A DNA stretch of 64,000 nucleotides from Pseudomonadota bacterium (GCA_039033415.1 JBCCCR010000007.1:61262-125261), one strand, 5' to 3'. Counted from the first letter of the stretch, positions 44,199 through 53,810 are shown. Numbers and translations: made by a program. The notes: generated by a model not told the origin, from the sequence alone.

Positions 44199-47060
44199 TT
44201 AGCCAGCGCAAGCCCAGGCGGGAAGATCGTTCGCTGTCGGGAGGGGATCTGCCGGGTTCGACGACAAACGTTCCAGGAGGGCTGGCAGCGATGATCGAGT
44301 GAGTTCGGCCTGAAATTCGTTGCTGAGGGCCTCGAGCGCCGCAACCTTGTCCTCTCCGATGGCGCTGCCCTTCGGAAGAACGGTTGCGGTAGCAATCACG
44401 CGATATAAACGCAGCTCATCCAGCGGATCGAACAGCGGATGAGTGTAGGTCGTCAGGGCCCGTTCCGCCGCCGACCCGGTGGGAGCGGTCAGAACAAAAA
44501 ACCAGCGACGGAGCGCCACCGTAAAGGCATCAGGATAAGCCGCCGGCGACGGCCCGCACTCGAACTCTTCCAATGTCGGCAACGGCTGGCCGGACAGCAC
44601 GCGACTTCGAATCAGCACGCGCCGCTGCTTGGCGGTTTTCGCCGGTTCGAGCTGATTCAAAGCCCACCGGGCCGTCGCCGGCTCGGCGGCGTCCAGCGCG
44701 ATGTCCGCCAGTTCCACTAGCAGATCGCTGGACGGCTGCTCCCGTTCCGCTAAGGGCAGCAGCAAACGCAGACCCTCGCTGTGCAGCTCGGCAAAGGACA
44801 GCAGCCTAGCGAGCTGCAGCCGCATCCGGTGGCTGATCTCGGCTTCGCCGCCGTAGCGATCAAGCGCCAGAGTCATGCCGGCCATCGCAGCCTCCACGCT
44901 GGTGGCACTTTGGCGGGCAAGGAACGCCGCGCGGGCCAGGTTCACCAGCACGACATAGCGGGTGTAATGCTCGCTGGTGGGCTCAACGATTCGTCGGGCA
45001 TGCTGGAGGCGATCCACAGCCTCAGAGTATCGACCGGTGCGAATGAGCAGGCCTGAATAGGTTCGCAGGACGCTTGCGTGGGTTGGATCGCTCGGCGAAT
45101 GGCGCCGGAAGATACCGAGGGACTCCTGAAACGCGGCGTCGGACTCATCGATGCGCCCTCCCTGGCCCAAAAAGATCCCCTGATTGCTTAGCATGACCGC
45201 CAGCGGAAACGGGTTTTCGGTTTCCCGCATGTGGGCCACGGCCTGACGCCAGTGTCCGTCTGCCGCTTCGCGATTCCCGGCTCGGAGGGCAACGCCGGCC
45301 AGCAGCTGGCTGAGCTGCCCACGACCGCGCGCGCTTTCTTGACCGAATTGCTCAGCCACTTCGGCCATCGAACGCACCGTATCGTCAGCCCGGTCCATCT
45401 GTCTTAGCCGGAGGTAGGCGTTGGCTAGGGCGTAGCTGGCCCTAAGCCACGTCTGACTCTCCTGCTTATTCAGAGGACGATCAGGCAATGATTCTCGTAA
45501 AAACCGCTCCGCCTCCGCCGGATCGTCTCGTACCAGGGCATTGCCGAGGCCATTCACCGCACTGAGATTCAGGCGCCGAGCCGACGCCGGCAGGTTTTGC
45601 GAGGCGTCATAAGCCTGCTGGTAAGCCTCTCGCTCCTCATCGGTCAAGCCGAGCTTCGCGTACGTTTCCCCCAGCGCTAGATACACCTCCGTCGCCAGCA
45701 GCGGGTCCCCCCTCACCTGCTCATCGATGGACGCCCGCGCCTGGCGTAACGCGTCGGTTAGACCGATATTGCTCTGACCCTCGCGGTAGGGGTCCGCCTG
45801 CCGAAAGACGCTGGCCAGAATTTCCTGCGCTTTTGCGCTTCGCTCGGCCTGCGCGTTAGCTTCGCGAGACCGATTGACCGCCACCAACGTCGCCAGCGTG
45901 AGGCCCACAGCAAAGAGTGCCCCAAGTGTGACGAGCGTGGCGTGCCGCTGAACAAATCGCTTCGCCAGATACCAGGGTGACGGGGGCCGTGCGGCGACCG
46001 GAAATCCGCCGAGGTAACTCCTTAGATCAGCAGCCAGCATCGCAACCTGCTCATAGCGATCCGCGGGATCTTTTTGCAGCGCCTTGAGCACAACCGCGTC
46101 GAGATCACGGGGAAGCTGAAGCTGGTGACGGCTTGGCGGCGACGGCGCTTTCTGCGTCAACGTCTCCAGCGCCTGCTCGAGCGACAGGTCGCCCAGCCGG
46201 TAGGGCGGGCGCTCGGCCAGCAGTTCGTACAGCAGCAGTCCCAGCTGATAAACGTCGCTGGCCACCGTGACCTCAGCATCGCTCACCTGCTCCGGGCTCG
46301 CGTATTGGAGGGTGATCGGGCTGCCCGCCTGGCCGGTCTGATAGGCATCGACCCGGTCTTCCAGCAACGCCGCCACGCCAAAGTCCAGCAGCCTGGGCTG
46401 ACCCTCTTCGTCGACCAGGATATTGGCCGGCTTGATGTCGCGATGAATCACCAGGCGGTTATGGGCATAAGCCACCGCGTCGCAGATCTTCAGAAACAGA
46501 TTGATCTTGGCGGTGAGAGAAAGGTCCGCCGCCGCACCGAGCAGGCTTTGACCGGCAACGTAGTCCATGGCGAACCACGGAGAGCCGTCGTCCAGGACAC
46601 CCGCATCAAGGAACCGTGCGATACCGGGATGCTGCAACGACGCCAGGATACGGCGCTCACGCAGAAATCGATCCAGCACGTCCTGCCCGCTGCGCTGCGC
46701 CTTCAACATCTTGATGGCCGCCGTCTGCGCGAAGTCCTGCGCCTCGCGAACGGCCAGCCAAACCTGCCCCATGCCGCCGGTGCCGATCAGTTCCTGCAGA
46801 CGCCAGTTGCCTGGCTGGCCCGGCGGCTCAACCACCGCGTTAGCCGCGTGGCTTTCGCTCAGCTGCCGCGCAGCGGCGGCGAGGGGCTGTAGATCGTCAG
46901 CCTCGGTACGTTGAAGCAAGTCCTCGAGCTGGCTTCGATGGACCGCCGGCAGCTCCGTCAGCCAGGCGTCGCGCTCTGCGGCGCCCAGGGATAGCGCGTG
47001 GTCGAGCAGTTCGTCCAGCCTGTGGAAATCGAGCGGCCCGGTTTCCCGGGTATCTGCCAT
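44199..47060 (-). CDS. Hanks-type Ser/Thr protein kinase with TM helix and large TPR domain
   Basis: GTGGMGQVW, AIKMLK, HRDIKPANILV, DFGVA and SPEQ, followed by one TM helix (LVTLGALFAVGLTLATLVAV) and about 550 aa of TPR-like repeats. Confidence 0.9.
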   Translation of the reverse strand: MADTRETGPLDFHRLDELLDHALSLGAAERDAWLTELPAVHRSQLEDLLQRTEADDLQPLAAAARQLSESHAANAVVEPPGQPGNWRLQELIGTGGMGQVWLAVREAQDFAQTAAIKMLKAQRSGQDVLDRFLRERRILASLQHPGIARFLDAGVLDDGSPWFAMDYVAGQSLLGAAADLSLTAKINLFLKICDAVAYAHNRLVIHRDIKPANILVDEEGQPRLLDFGVAALLEDRVDAYQTGQAGSPITLQYASPEQVSDAEVTVASDVYQLGLLLYELLAERPPYRLGDLSLEQALETLTQKAPSPPSRHQLQLPRDLDAVVLKALQKDPADRYEQVAMLAADLRSYLGGFPVAARPPSPWYLAKRFVQRHATLVTLGALFAVGLTLATLVAVNRSREANAQAERSAKAQEILASVFRQADPYREGQSNIGLTDALRQARASIDEQVRGDPLLATEVYLALGETYAKLGLTDEEREAYQQAYDASQNLPASARRLNLSAVNGLGNALVRDDPAEAERFLRESLPDRPLNKQESQTWLRASYALANAYLRLRQMDRADDTVRSMAEVAEQFGQESARGRGQLSQLLAGVALRAGNREAADGHWRQAVAHMRETENPFPLAVMLSNQGIFLGQGGRIDESDAAFQESLGIFRRHSPSDPTHASVLRTYSGLLIRTGRYSEAVDRLQHARRIVEPTSEHYTRYVVLVNLARAAFLARQSATSVEAAMAGMTLALDRYGGEAEISHRMRLQLARLLSFAELHSEGLRLLLPLAEREQPSSDLLVELADIALDAAEPATARWALNQLEPAKTAKQRRVLIRSRVLSGQPLPTLEEFECGPSPAAYPDAFTVALRRWFFVLTAPTGSAAERALTTYTHPLFDPLDELRLYRVIATATVLPKGSAIGEDKVAALEALSNEFQAELTRSSLPALLERLSSNPADPLPTANDLPAWACAG

Positions 47061-47638
47061 CAGGCGTTTTCCAGGATGTGGCTTACCCAGGCGCGGGCGC
47101 GCTTGAGCTGCCGCTGGACCGTCCGATCGCTGGTGCCCCGAAGCTCGGCAATCTCAGCGCTGCTGAAGCCGCCAAAACAGGATAGATCGATGACTTCGGC
47201 CAGCTCCTCGTTGTCCTGCTCCAGCTGGTTCAGCGCCTCATCCAGGCGCAGAACGCGGTGTGGATCATTCAGGTCGGCCAGCAGGTTGCTGTGCAGCGAT
47301 TCCACCTGCAGCCCACCGCCGCGTTTGGACGCCATTCGGGCACGCCACGTGTCGATGACAATCTGACGCATCACCCGGCAGGCGACGGCAAAAAAATGTC
47401 CGCGGTTGCGAAACTCCGCGCTGTTGGCTGCCGACAGTTTTTCGAATGCTTCGTGGACCAGCGACGTGGTCTGCAGTTCGTTGCGAACGCTCGAACGCCG
47501 GAGCTGCGACTGAGCGAGCGTTTTGAGTTCTTCGTAAAGCAAAGACACAACGTGGTTGAGCGCCGCCTCCCCGCCTTCGGCCTGGGCTCTCAGTAGCTGG
47601 GTGACCTCTCCCGGCGAAACGGGGCTTTGGCTGGACAT
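47060..47638 (-). CDS. ECF-type sigma-70 family sigma factor (kinase-associated type)
   Basis: EVTQLL...LYEELKTLAQSQL...LQTTSLVHEAF (region 2) and a region 4 HTH FGGFSSAEIAELRGTSDRTVQRQL. GGAG lies 6 nt upstream of the ATG at 47638. The stop shares 1 nt with the kinase ATG (TGATG). Confidence 0.85.
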   Translation of the reverse strand: MSSQSPVSPGEVTQLLRAQAEGGEAALNHVVSLLYEELKTLAQSQLRRSSVRNELQTTSLVHEAFEKLSAANSAEFRNRGHFFAVACRVMRQIVIDTWRARMASKRGGGLQVESLHSNLLADLNDPHRVLRLDEALNQLEQDNEELAEVIDLSCFGGFSSAEIAELRGTSDRTVQRQLKRARAWVSHILENA

Positions 47639-47723
47639 GTTCGACTCCGCAGCCGGCTGACCAAAATCGCGTGAATTCCAGTGTCGAGGGTCGTGCAAAG
47701 CCTGTCAAATGGCCGGGCTCAAC

Positions 47724-48713
47724 TTATGGTGTCAGCTCCATGAATTCGGTGATGGCAGACATTAGCCCGGTTGCCAAAGGCAGCGACGGATCGCTGTAGC
47801 TCGCCATCTGCTCCGCCATGCCGCCGTCAGCCGTTTTGAGCACGTGATTCATCCCCTTGATCACCTGGAGACGAGCCTGCGAAGCGCGCGAGGCGAGCAG
47901 CTCACCTTCCGACACCGGGACCTGCAGGTCGGTGTCGCCGTAGAGCAGCAGTATCGGCAGCGAGAGACCTTCGATCTGCTGCGCCGGGTCATGAGCAAAC
48001 CAGGAGATCAGATAGGGCTGCACGGAGGGGCGCAGCAGCGACTCGAGTCCGGTGGGCACTGCCTCTACCGTCTCCCCGTTGCGCAGCGTATCGAGCGCCG
48101 CGATGGCCTGCGCCAGCGGGTTCCCTGTTAGCTGTGCGCTGAGCTGCGTGGCAATCAGGTCGGCCGGATGGGTCCCTGGTCCTGCCAGCACCACCAATCC
48201 CGCCGGCCGAACTTTCTCTGCCGCCGACAGCACAATCTGCCCTCCTTCGCTGTGGCCCAGGAGAAACACCGGCGCTGAGCAACGCTGATCAAGCCATCGG
48301 TAGAGCGCAACGGCGTCGTCCACGTAGTGCTCAAAGCGCAGCGACGACTCCGACTGACTTGCGGTCGTGCTGGCGGCGACCATCCGCTTGTCGTAGCGGA
48401 GGGTTTCAACGCCCTGAGCCTGAAGCCCCTGCGCCAGGTATTTGAGACTGTTATTGCTGCCGGGAAGCACCGCTGAGTTGCCGTTACGATCCGTGGGACC
48501 CGAACCCGCAACAATCAGGCCGCAGGCGACGGTGGGTTTAAGATCCGGCACCAGCAGCGAACCTTCAAGCGTTCCGCCCACGACATCGATCGATACCTCG
48601 GTCTCCACGGCCACAACGCCGCAGGTCCAGGCAAGCAGCACCATCCCCAGAGCCGCTTGTACCGTGCATCGGTAGCCCAACGCCAGATTCCCGCTACGAT
48701 CACTCGTCCGCAT
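47724..48713 (-). CDS. Alpha/beta hydrolase (serine aminopeptidase S33-like)
   Basis: Nucleophile elbow GHSEGG and a DxxV...H pattern near the C-terminus. N-terminal hydrophobic signal-like segment. The start is uncertain (48713 or 48647). Confidence 0.75.
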   Translation of the reverse strand: MRTSDRSGNLALGYRCTVQAALGMVLLAWTCGVVAVETEVSIDVVGGTLEGSLLVPDLKPTVACGLIVAGSGPTDRNGNSAVLPGSNNSLKYLAQGLQAQGVETLRYDKRMVAASTTASQSESSLRFEHYVDDAVALYRWLDQRCSAPVFLLGHSEGGQIVLSAAEKVRPAGLVVLAGPGTHPADLIATQLSAQLTGNPLAQAIAALDTLRNGETVEAVPTGLESLLRPSVQPYLISWFAHDPAQQIEGLSLPILLLYGDTDLQVPVSEGELLASRASQARLQVIKGMNHVLKTADGGMAEQMASYSDPSLPLATGLMSAITEFMELTP

Positions 48714-49356
48714 GATCAAAGCCCTCGAGCCGCTGGTATAGCACAAAGGAGTATGCGACCGGTAGCAGACCGGCAGCCACCGACAGCGCGACCATGGGCA
48801 CCATCCCCAGCCCCCCGACGCCGACGATCATCAGCCCGGCACCGGCCGCGACAAAACAGTAGCCGGCCATCCGGTGGGTTCGGGCCCAGACCTCGTCGCT
48901 GGCCAGCGTCCACGGCGTGCGAATTCCCACAAAAAAATTCTTGCGGAGTTTCCCGGCGTAATTGCCGATGACAATAAGCAGCAGGCCCACCGCCAGCGGA
49001 ATGACGCGCTCGGTGGAAACGGGCTGACCGAGGCCGCTCAGCACGATCAGCCCCCCAACCGCGAGCATAAAGAGCACCAGCGCCACCTGGAAGATATGGA
49101 TCACGCCGGCAAACTCATGAGTTCGAAAACCCTTGGGCGAAATCCTCGGGATGATCCACATCAGCAGACACATACCCAGAGCACCAACCGGCCCGATCAA
49201 GACACCCGTCAGCTTGCTGGAGTAGCCATCCACCTCGCCGGCGGCGTTCCAGTGGGTCGGCACCGTGTCCGCCATGTGAGGATAGGCCAAGGCACCGGCC
49301 ACCGCCCCGGCAGCGATCAGCACCAGGGACAGTAGGTTAGCGGTTTTTTGCGTCAT
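48700..49356 (-). CDS. SdpI-family membrane protein (DUF1648 plus SdpI domains)
   Basis: 218 aa with 6 TM helices, a PTHWNAAGEVDGY motif near the N-terminus and a GIRTPWTL motif. GGAGG upstream of the ATG. Overlaps the upstream ArsR-type gene by 20 nt. Confidence 0.7.
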   Translation of the reverse strand: MTQKTANLLSLVLIAAGAVAGALAYPHMADTVPTHWNAAGEVDGYSSKLTGVLIGPVGALGMCLLMWIIPRISPKGFRTHEFAGVIHIFQVALVLFMLAVGGLIVLSGLGQPVSTERVIPLAVGLLLIVIGNYAGKLRKNFFVGIRTPWTLASDEVWARTHRMAGYCFVAAGAGLMIVGVGGLGMVPMVALSVAAGLLPVAYSFVLYQRLEGFDHADE

Positions 49357-49636
49357 CGTTGACCTCCGTAGCAGGGGGATTGAGCAGCTCCATCAGCACC
49401 CCGGCAGCGTCCTGCATCACGGTGGTGTTCAGGGAGTAAACAATTTGCTGACCGCGGCGTTCAGTTCGAACTAGATCAGCCTGTTTCAAGAGGCTGAAAT
49501 GGTGGGAAAGCGAGGCTTTGGTCATCGGGAAATGGTCGGCAATGTCGCCGGCAGGCATGGAACCCGCCCGCAGGATCCGCAGGATCTCCCGCCGGGTCGG
49601 ATCCGCCAACGCCTTAAAAACCGATTGCCCGATCAT
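49337..49636 (-). CDS. ArsR/SmtB-family regulator, SdpR-like autorepressor
   Basis: VFKALADPTRREILRILRAGSMPAGDIADHF...SHHFSLLKQADLV is the canonical ArsR wHTH. I prefer the Met35 start at 49636. Confidence 0.8.
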   Translation of the reverse strand: MIGQSVFKALADPTRREILRILRAGSMPAGDIADHFPMTKASLSHHFSLLKQADLVRTERRGQQIVYSLNTTVMQDAAGVLMELLNPPATEVNDDAKNR

Positions 49637-49646
49637 GGTTGTATGA

Positions 49647-49668
49647 TATTTAGATAAATATCTAAATA
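49647..49668 (-). promoter_or_regulatory. Perfect 10-2-10 palindrome TATTTAGATA-AA-TATCTAAATA overlapping a candidate promoter of the SdpR-like gene
   Basis: The palindrome lies 11 nt upstream of the ATG at 49636 and is a strongly AT-rich island in GC-rich DNA. On the minus strand, -35 TTGATT (49675-49670), a 17-nt spacer and -10 TAAATA (49652-49647) coincide with it. Outer arms GGTTG/CAACC flank it. Confidence 0.55.
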
Positions 49669-49701
49669 CAATCAACCAATGACACAGGCCCGGACACCAC
49701 C

Positions 49702-50937
49702 CTAGCTTTCGCCCACACCCACCACAAAGCTGGCGCACGTGGTGGCGCTGCCGCCCAGATTGAAGGTGATCATGTTTCGCGCACCTTCCACCTGGGAGTC
49801 ACCCGCCTGGCCGGTGACCTGACGAGCGCAGTCGAGCACCATTCTGACGCCGGTGGCCCCGACCGGATGACCCAGCCCGATCAGCCCCCCGCTAGCATTG
49901 ACCGGAAAGCTGCCCCGCGGTCCAATTGTGCCGTCTTCGATAACCCGCCAGCTCTCACCCGGCGGCGTCAGGCCACAGTGATCGATGGCCATGTACTCCG
50001 TTACGGTGAAACAGTCATGCGTCTCCAGACCGTCGAGTTGGGAAATGTCTTTGAAGCCCGATCGACTCAACGCGTCGCTGAATGTTTTTGCCGCGTGAGG
50101 AAACAACAGCGGCTGTTCCTGGCTTCGACGCAGCTTTTCTTCCAGCAGCAGCGGCCCGGATCGATGCCCCCAGCCCCGAATCCGAGGCAGATCGTCCAGA
50201 GCCATACCCTGGCGCCGGGCGTGATCTTCGGCAAACGCTTTACCGGCTAAGATGATGCTCGCGGCGCCGTCGGTCATCTGGCCGCAGTCACTTTTTCGTA
50301 CTCGCCCCTCGATCACCGGATTAGTCTCCGGGTCATCAGAAAAAAACGCTTCGCTGATATCCCAGCCACGCGTTTGGGCGAGCGGGTTGCGCCGGCCATT
50401 GTCGTAATTGATTCGCGAGATCTCCCGCAGGTGCGCATCGTCAATCCCGTAGCGAGACTCATAGGCCTGGGTGATCCGATCGAAAAGGAACGGCCATGGA
50501 AAGTCGCAGTCGGTCGCCTCGACCCCAGACCAGGCCGCCGCACCGAGATGTTCCGCGCCCTGACGCCCGGGAACGTTGCGCATAAGCTCAAGGCCCACCA
50601 CCGCGGAACACTCAACGTGCCCGGCGAGAATATCGTTCATGGCCGCAATCACCGCCATCGAGCCCGACGCGCAGGCCGCCTCATGCCGTGCGGTTGGAAT
50701 GTCGTCGAGCTCGGGGAACGTATGACCAAAAAATCCGCCCATCAGGCCCTGACCGGCAAACAGGTCGCCGGCAAAGTTGCCAACGTGCCCGGACTGGATG
50801 CCGTTGGGCTCCAACCGTGTCGACGTCACCGCAGCCGTGAGGGTCTCGCTGAACAGGTCATAAACCGTCAGCCCTTCCCGCGCCCAGTTGCGGGCGAAGT
50901 CGGTCTGGGCTCCCCCCAGAATGAACACCTCACTCAT
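49702..50937 (-). CDS. Thiolase-fold protein (SCP-x / nonspecific lipid-transfer-type thiolase)
   Basis: VFILGGAQTDF, the active-site Cys region EAACASGSMA, and C-terminal GLGHPVGATG...NLGG. The ATG at 50937 overlaps the upstream stop by 8 nt (ATGAGTGA). Confidence 0.85.
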   Translation of the reverse strand: MSEVFILGGAQTDFARNWAREGLTVYDLFSETLTAAVTSTRLEPNGIQSGHVGNFAGDLFAGQGLMGGFFGHTFPELDDIPTARHEAACASGSMAVIAAMNDILAGHVECSAVVGLELMRNVPGRQGAEHLGAAAWSGVEATDCDFPWPFLFDRITQAYESRYGIDDAHLREISRINYDNGRRNPLAQTRGWDISEAFFSDDPETNPVIEGRVRKSDCGQMTDGAASIILAGKAFAEDHARRQGMALDDLPRIRGWGHRSGPLLLEEKLRRSQEQPLLFPHAAKTFSDALSRSGFKDISQLDGLETHDCFTVTEYMAIDHCGLTPPGESWRVIEDGTIGPRGSFPVNASGGLIGLGHPVGATGVRMVLDCARQVTGQAGDSQVEGARNMITFNLGGSATTCASFVVGVGES

Positions 50938-52648
50938 CAGCGGCGACAGCCTGCTCAAGAAGATTGCGCTGAACCTTTCCCATGGGATTGCGGGGCAATA
51001 CGTCCAGCAACAGCAGCCGCTCGGGCAGCTTGAAGCGGGCCAGGCCCTGCTGCGTCAAAAAGGCGCAGATTTTCTCCAGCGTCGGAACGTGCTGCAGCTC
51101 CTGCGGCACAATGCAGGCGCAAACCCGCTCCCCGAGGTTCTCATCCGGATACGAGCAGACCGCCCCTTCGCGAATCCCGGGAAACGCTTCCAGCAGGATA
51201 TCCAGTTCAGCCGGCGAAATTTTCATGCCGCCTCGATTAATAATGTCCTTGCAGCGGCCTACGATTCGATAGTAATCGGTCGCCTCGGGGCAGATTTCCA
51301 CAAGGTCACCGGTGCGAAACCAGCCGTCGCTGGTGAACACGTCATCGCCGAGATTGTTGGTGTACCCATCGAACACGGTAGGGCCAAAAAACAACAGCTC
51401 ACCCGGCTCGCCCGGCTCGGTGATGTCGACCTCCGTATCTACGGCGACCACCCGGGTTCCCACCATCTCGTGGGTGATCCCGGTCCAGGGCATACCACCG
51501 ACCCCCATGCGCGGAAACATGGTGGCGCGCACCTTCGGATCGGGCGAGGTTTCCGGCGTGGAAAACAGCGCAATCCCCTCGTTGGACCCGTAGAAATTTA
51601 CGATCTGCTTGCCGTAAGTGTTGTCGAACGTGTCGACCATCCATGGCGCCAGCGGGGCGGAACCAGATCCGATTCGGCGCAGCTCGGTGAAGTCGAACGC
51701 GTTCCAGGTTTCCGGCGACCCCGCGAGCTGATTCAACACCGCCGGCGGCACAATCGTAAACGTGATCTTTTCTTCCGCCATCTGCTGCAGAAATACGCCC
51801 GGATCGAACGGGTGATGCAGATAAAGGCTGCAGCCGATGTCAACAAACGGGAACAGGAAACCGCCAATACCGGCCATATTGACCAGCGGAAACGGATTCA
51901 GCAGCCGATCGCCCGGTTGGTACTCGCCGGCCGCCGACGAGTTCCTAGCCGTAGCAAGCCACATGTTGTGGGACCGCGGAACACCCTTTGGCTCGCCGGT
52001 GGTGCCGGAGGTCCAGCACACCGTAAGCACATCATTGGCGCTACCCAAATCGTCGCCGGCCTTGAGACTCGCCAGCTGTTCAGGCGTTGGGCTATGGTTG
52101 GCAACATTGGCGCACAGCATTCCACAGCCTTCCGGCAAACTGGCCCCAAAGGCGAGCACCTGCACGTCCGGGTCCAGACAGTCGCGCGCCTGCGCGGCTT
52201 GTTCGGTTTCGTGAAATTGCTCAAGGGTAATCATCGCCTGTGGCCCCAGCGTCTTCTGGGCAACCTTCAGCTCATGCTGTCGGTACTGCATCGGCACCGG
52301 CGAAAGGATGAGCCCGAGACGACTGGCCGCAAAATACAGGGCGACCAGCTCGACCGTGTTGGGCAGCTGAAGCAGCACGGTGTCACCGCGAACCAAACCG
52401 GCCTCCCGCAGCTGGATCGACAGGTGCAGCGTCAGCTGCTCGAGCTCCGCATAGGTCAATCTGGAGGGGTCTTCTCCGGTCAGCGCCGGCCGGTTAGGCG
52501 GATCAGCTACCGCCAGCATCGCGGGATTGGCGGCCGCCTGCCGAGCGAGCATTTGATGAAGCTGAGTGTCCGACCACCAGCCTGAGCGGGTAAACTCATC
52601 GATACGATGTTGAGGCGACGTCATCACAGTGAAATTCTCCAAAGCCAT
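50930..52648 (-). CDS. AMP-dependent acyl-CoA synthetase/ligase
   Basis: AMP-binding motif WTSGTTGEPKGV plus FRTGD and RCKDIINRGGMKISP. I prefer the start at 52648 (MALENF). Confidence 0.85.
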   Translation of the reverse strand: MALENFTVMTSPQHRIDEFTRSGWWSDTQLHQMLARQAAANPAMLAVADPPNRPALTGEDPSRLTYAELEQLTLHLSIQLREAGLVRGDTVLLQLPNTVELVALYFAASRLGLILSPVPMQYRQHELKVAQKTLGPQAMITLEQFHETEQAAQARDCLDPDVQVLAFGASLPEGCGMLCANVANHSPTPEQLASLKAGDDLGSANDVLTVCWTSGTTGEPKGVPRSHNMWLATARNSSAAGEYQPGDRLLNPFPLVNMAGIGGFLFPFVDIGCSLYLHHPFDPGVFLQQMAEEKITFTIVPPAVLNQLAGSPETWNAFDFTELRRIGSGSAPLAPWMVDTFDNTYGKQIVNFYGSNEGIALFSTPETSPDPKVRATMFPRMGVGGMPWTGITHEMVGTRVVAVDTEVDITEPGEPGELLFFGPTVFDGYTNNLGDDVFTSDGWFRTGDLVEICPEATDYYRIVGRCKDIINRGGMKISPAELDILLEAFPGIREGAVCSYPDENLGERVCACIVPQELQHVPTLEKICAFLTQQGLARFKLPERLLLLDVLPRNPMGKVQRNLLEQAVAADE

Positions 52649-52758
52649 CGCGTGGACCCAGCCGTCCAGGACGGACCGCTGCCGGGCCCGCCGCGCGCTG
52701 CAATTTCTCCGACCGATCATAGGTCATGCGGGCTCACGCTTAAACATCGGGGTCTAGT

Positions 52759-53250
52759 TTGCTAAGCGGAATCGCCCTCAGGAAAGCGCTTTGCGGGAGC
52801 TGGTTGCTGGCGACCTGGAACGTCACCAGAAAAAGGTTGGCTGACGCGACCCATGGTGCGCCGCAATTCCCCTTCGGCAAGCAGCCCGTTGGGCTGCTGA
52901 TCTACTCGCCCGACGGCTACATGAGCGCTACCGTCAGCGCCGGAGATCGTACGCGATTCACAGATGGCGCGAGCCCTCGTCAGCTGCCGGCGGCAGCGCT
53001 GGCGGACGCGTTTGTCAGCTACTTCCATTACGCGGGCAGCTGGTGGGTCGAGGGCGAAGAGGTGCTCCACCGGGTCGAAGCCGCCCTGAACCCAAACATG
53101 GTGGGCACAACTCAGGTCCGGCACGCATCTTTGGAGGGCAAGCGAATGCTGCTCACCGGGATCGAAACCTTAGCGGACCAGGAGCGGCGCCATGAAATCG
53201 CGTGGCGTCGCGCGGAGGCCGCTCCAGTTGGGCGGGCAAATGAACCGTGA
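52759..53250 (+). CDS. Lipocalin-like domain protein
   Basis: The pattern GSWLLATWN...GKQPVGLLIYSPDGYMSA...YFHYAGSW resembles the bacterial lipocalin-like domain family. TTG start, uncertain. Confidence 0.5.
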   Translation: MLSGIALRKALCGSWLLATWNVTRKRLADATHGAPQFPFGKQPVGLLIYSPDGYMSATVSAGDRTRFTDGASPRQLPAAALADAFVSYFHYAGSWWVEGEEVLHRVEAALNPNMVGTTQVRHASLEGKRMLLTGIETLADQERRHEIAWRRAEAAPVGRANEP

Positions 53251-53263
53251 GCCTAACCATTCC

Positions 53264-53530
53264 ATGAACTGTTTTGTTTATGCCGGCAAGAAGCTGCATG
53301 AGGGCTACCTGTTTGTGCCGCAAGAAAACGACTTCTCTCGCGTGCCCGACGCGCTGCTGCAGCAGCTGGGTGAGCTTTCGCTGGTGCTGGAGCTCAGCCT
53401 GGAGCCCGGCCGCAAGCTGGCTCGCTCAGATCCAGAGAAAGTCAGACAGGCTCTTACTGAAGCCGGCTATTTTTTTCAGCCGCCGCCAGCCAAAACGCCG
53501 CTGATGCCGAACGAACAGCTGCTGCGCTAG
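53264..53530 (+). CDS. ycgL: YcgL-domain protein
   Basis: MNCFVYAGKKLHEGYLFVPQENDFSRVPDALLQQLG...EKVRQALTEAGYFFQPPP aligns by eye with enterobacterial YcgL. Confidence 0.75.
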   Translation: MNCFVYAGKKLHEGYLFVPQENDFSRVPDALLQQLGELSLVLELSLEPGRKLARSDPEKVRQALTEAGYFFQPPPAKTPLMPNEQLLR

Positions 53531-53810
53531 CCGGACCCGACCCCTGACGCGTTCGGGACAAGACGAGGTAGGGAGTGGATCGCATGGCCCGCGGAGTTGG
53601 CAAGCGGCCAATCCAGCTTCAGACACGCTTCCCACCCCATGCGGTTTGTCATAATGCGCAAAAAGTAAACGCGAAGCAGGTTACGTTCGTCTAACTATGG
53701 CGTGGTGCGCCCATGAGGCTAACCGCGGGCTGAGGCGACCCGTTTCACAAGGCATGGACGGCGCCTAAACGATACTCCGCGCCAAAATTCTGCCCGTTAC
53801 AGGGGGGCTC

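Noticed and set aside
50888-52585. 565-aa ORF antisense to the acyl-CoA synthetase gene
   Set aside because: Same reasoning as above. The minus-strand product has canonical AMP-binding motifs, and the plus-strand product is Arg/Gly/Pro-rich with no family resemblance.
53531-53810. 280-nt untranslated gap upstream of the ABC operon, considered as a possible riboswitch or sRNA
   Set aside because: I could not recognise any known riboswitch core or a convincing conserved stem architecture by eye. An Rfam/Infernal scan would be decisive.
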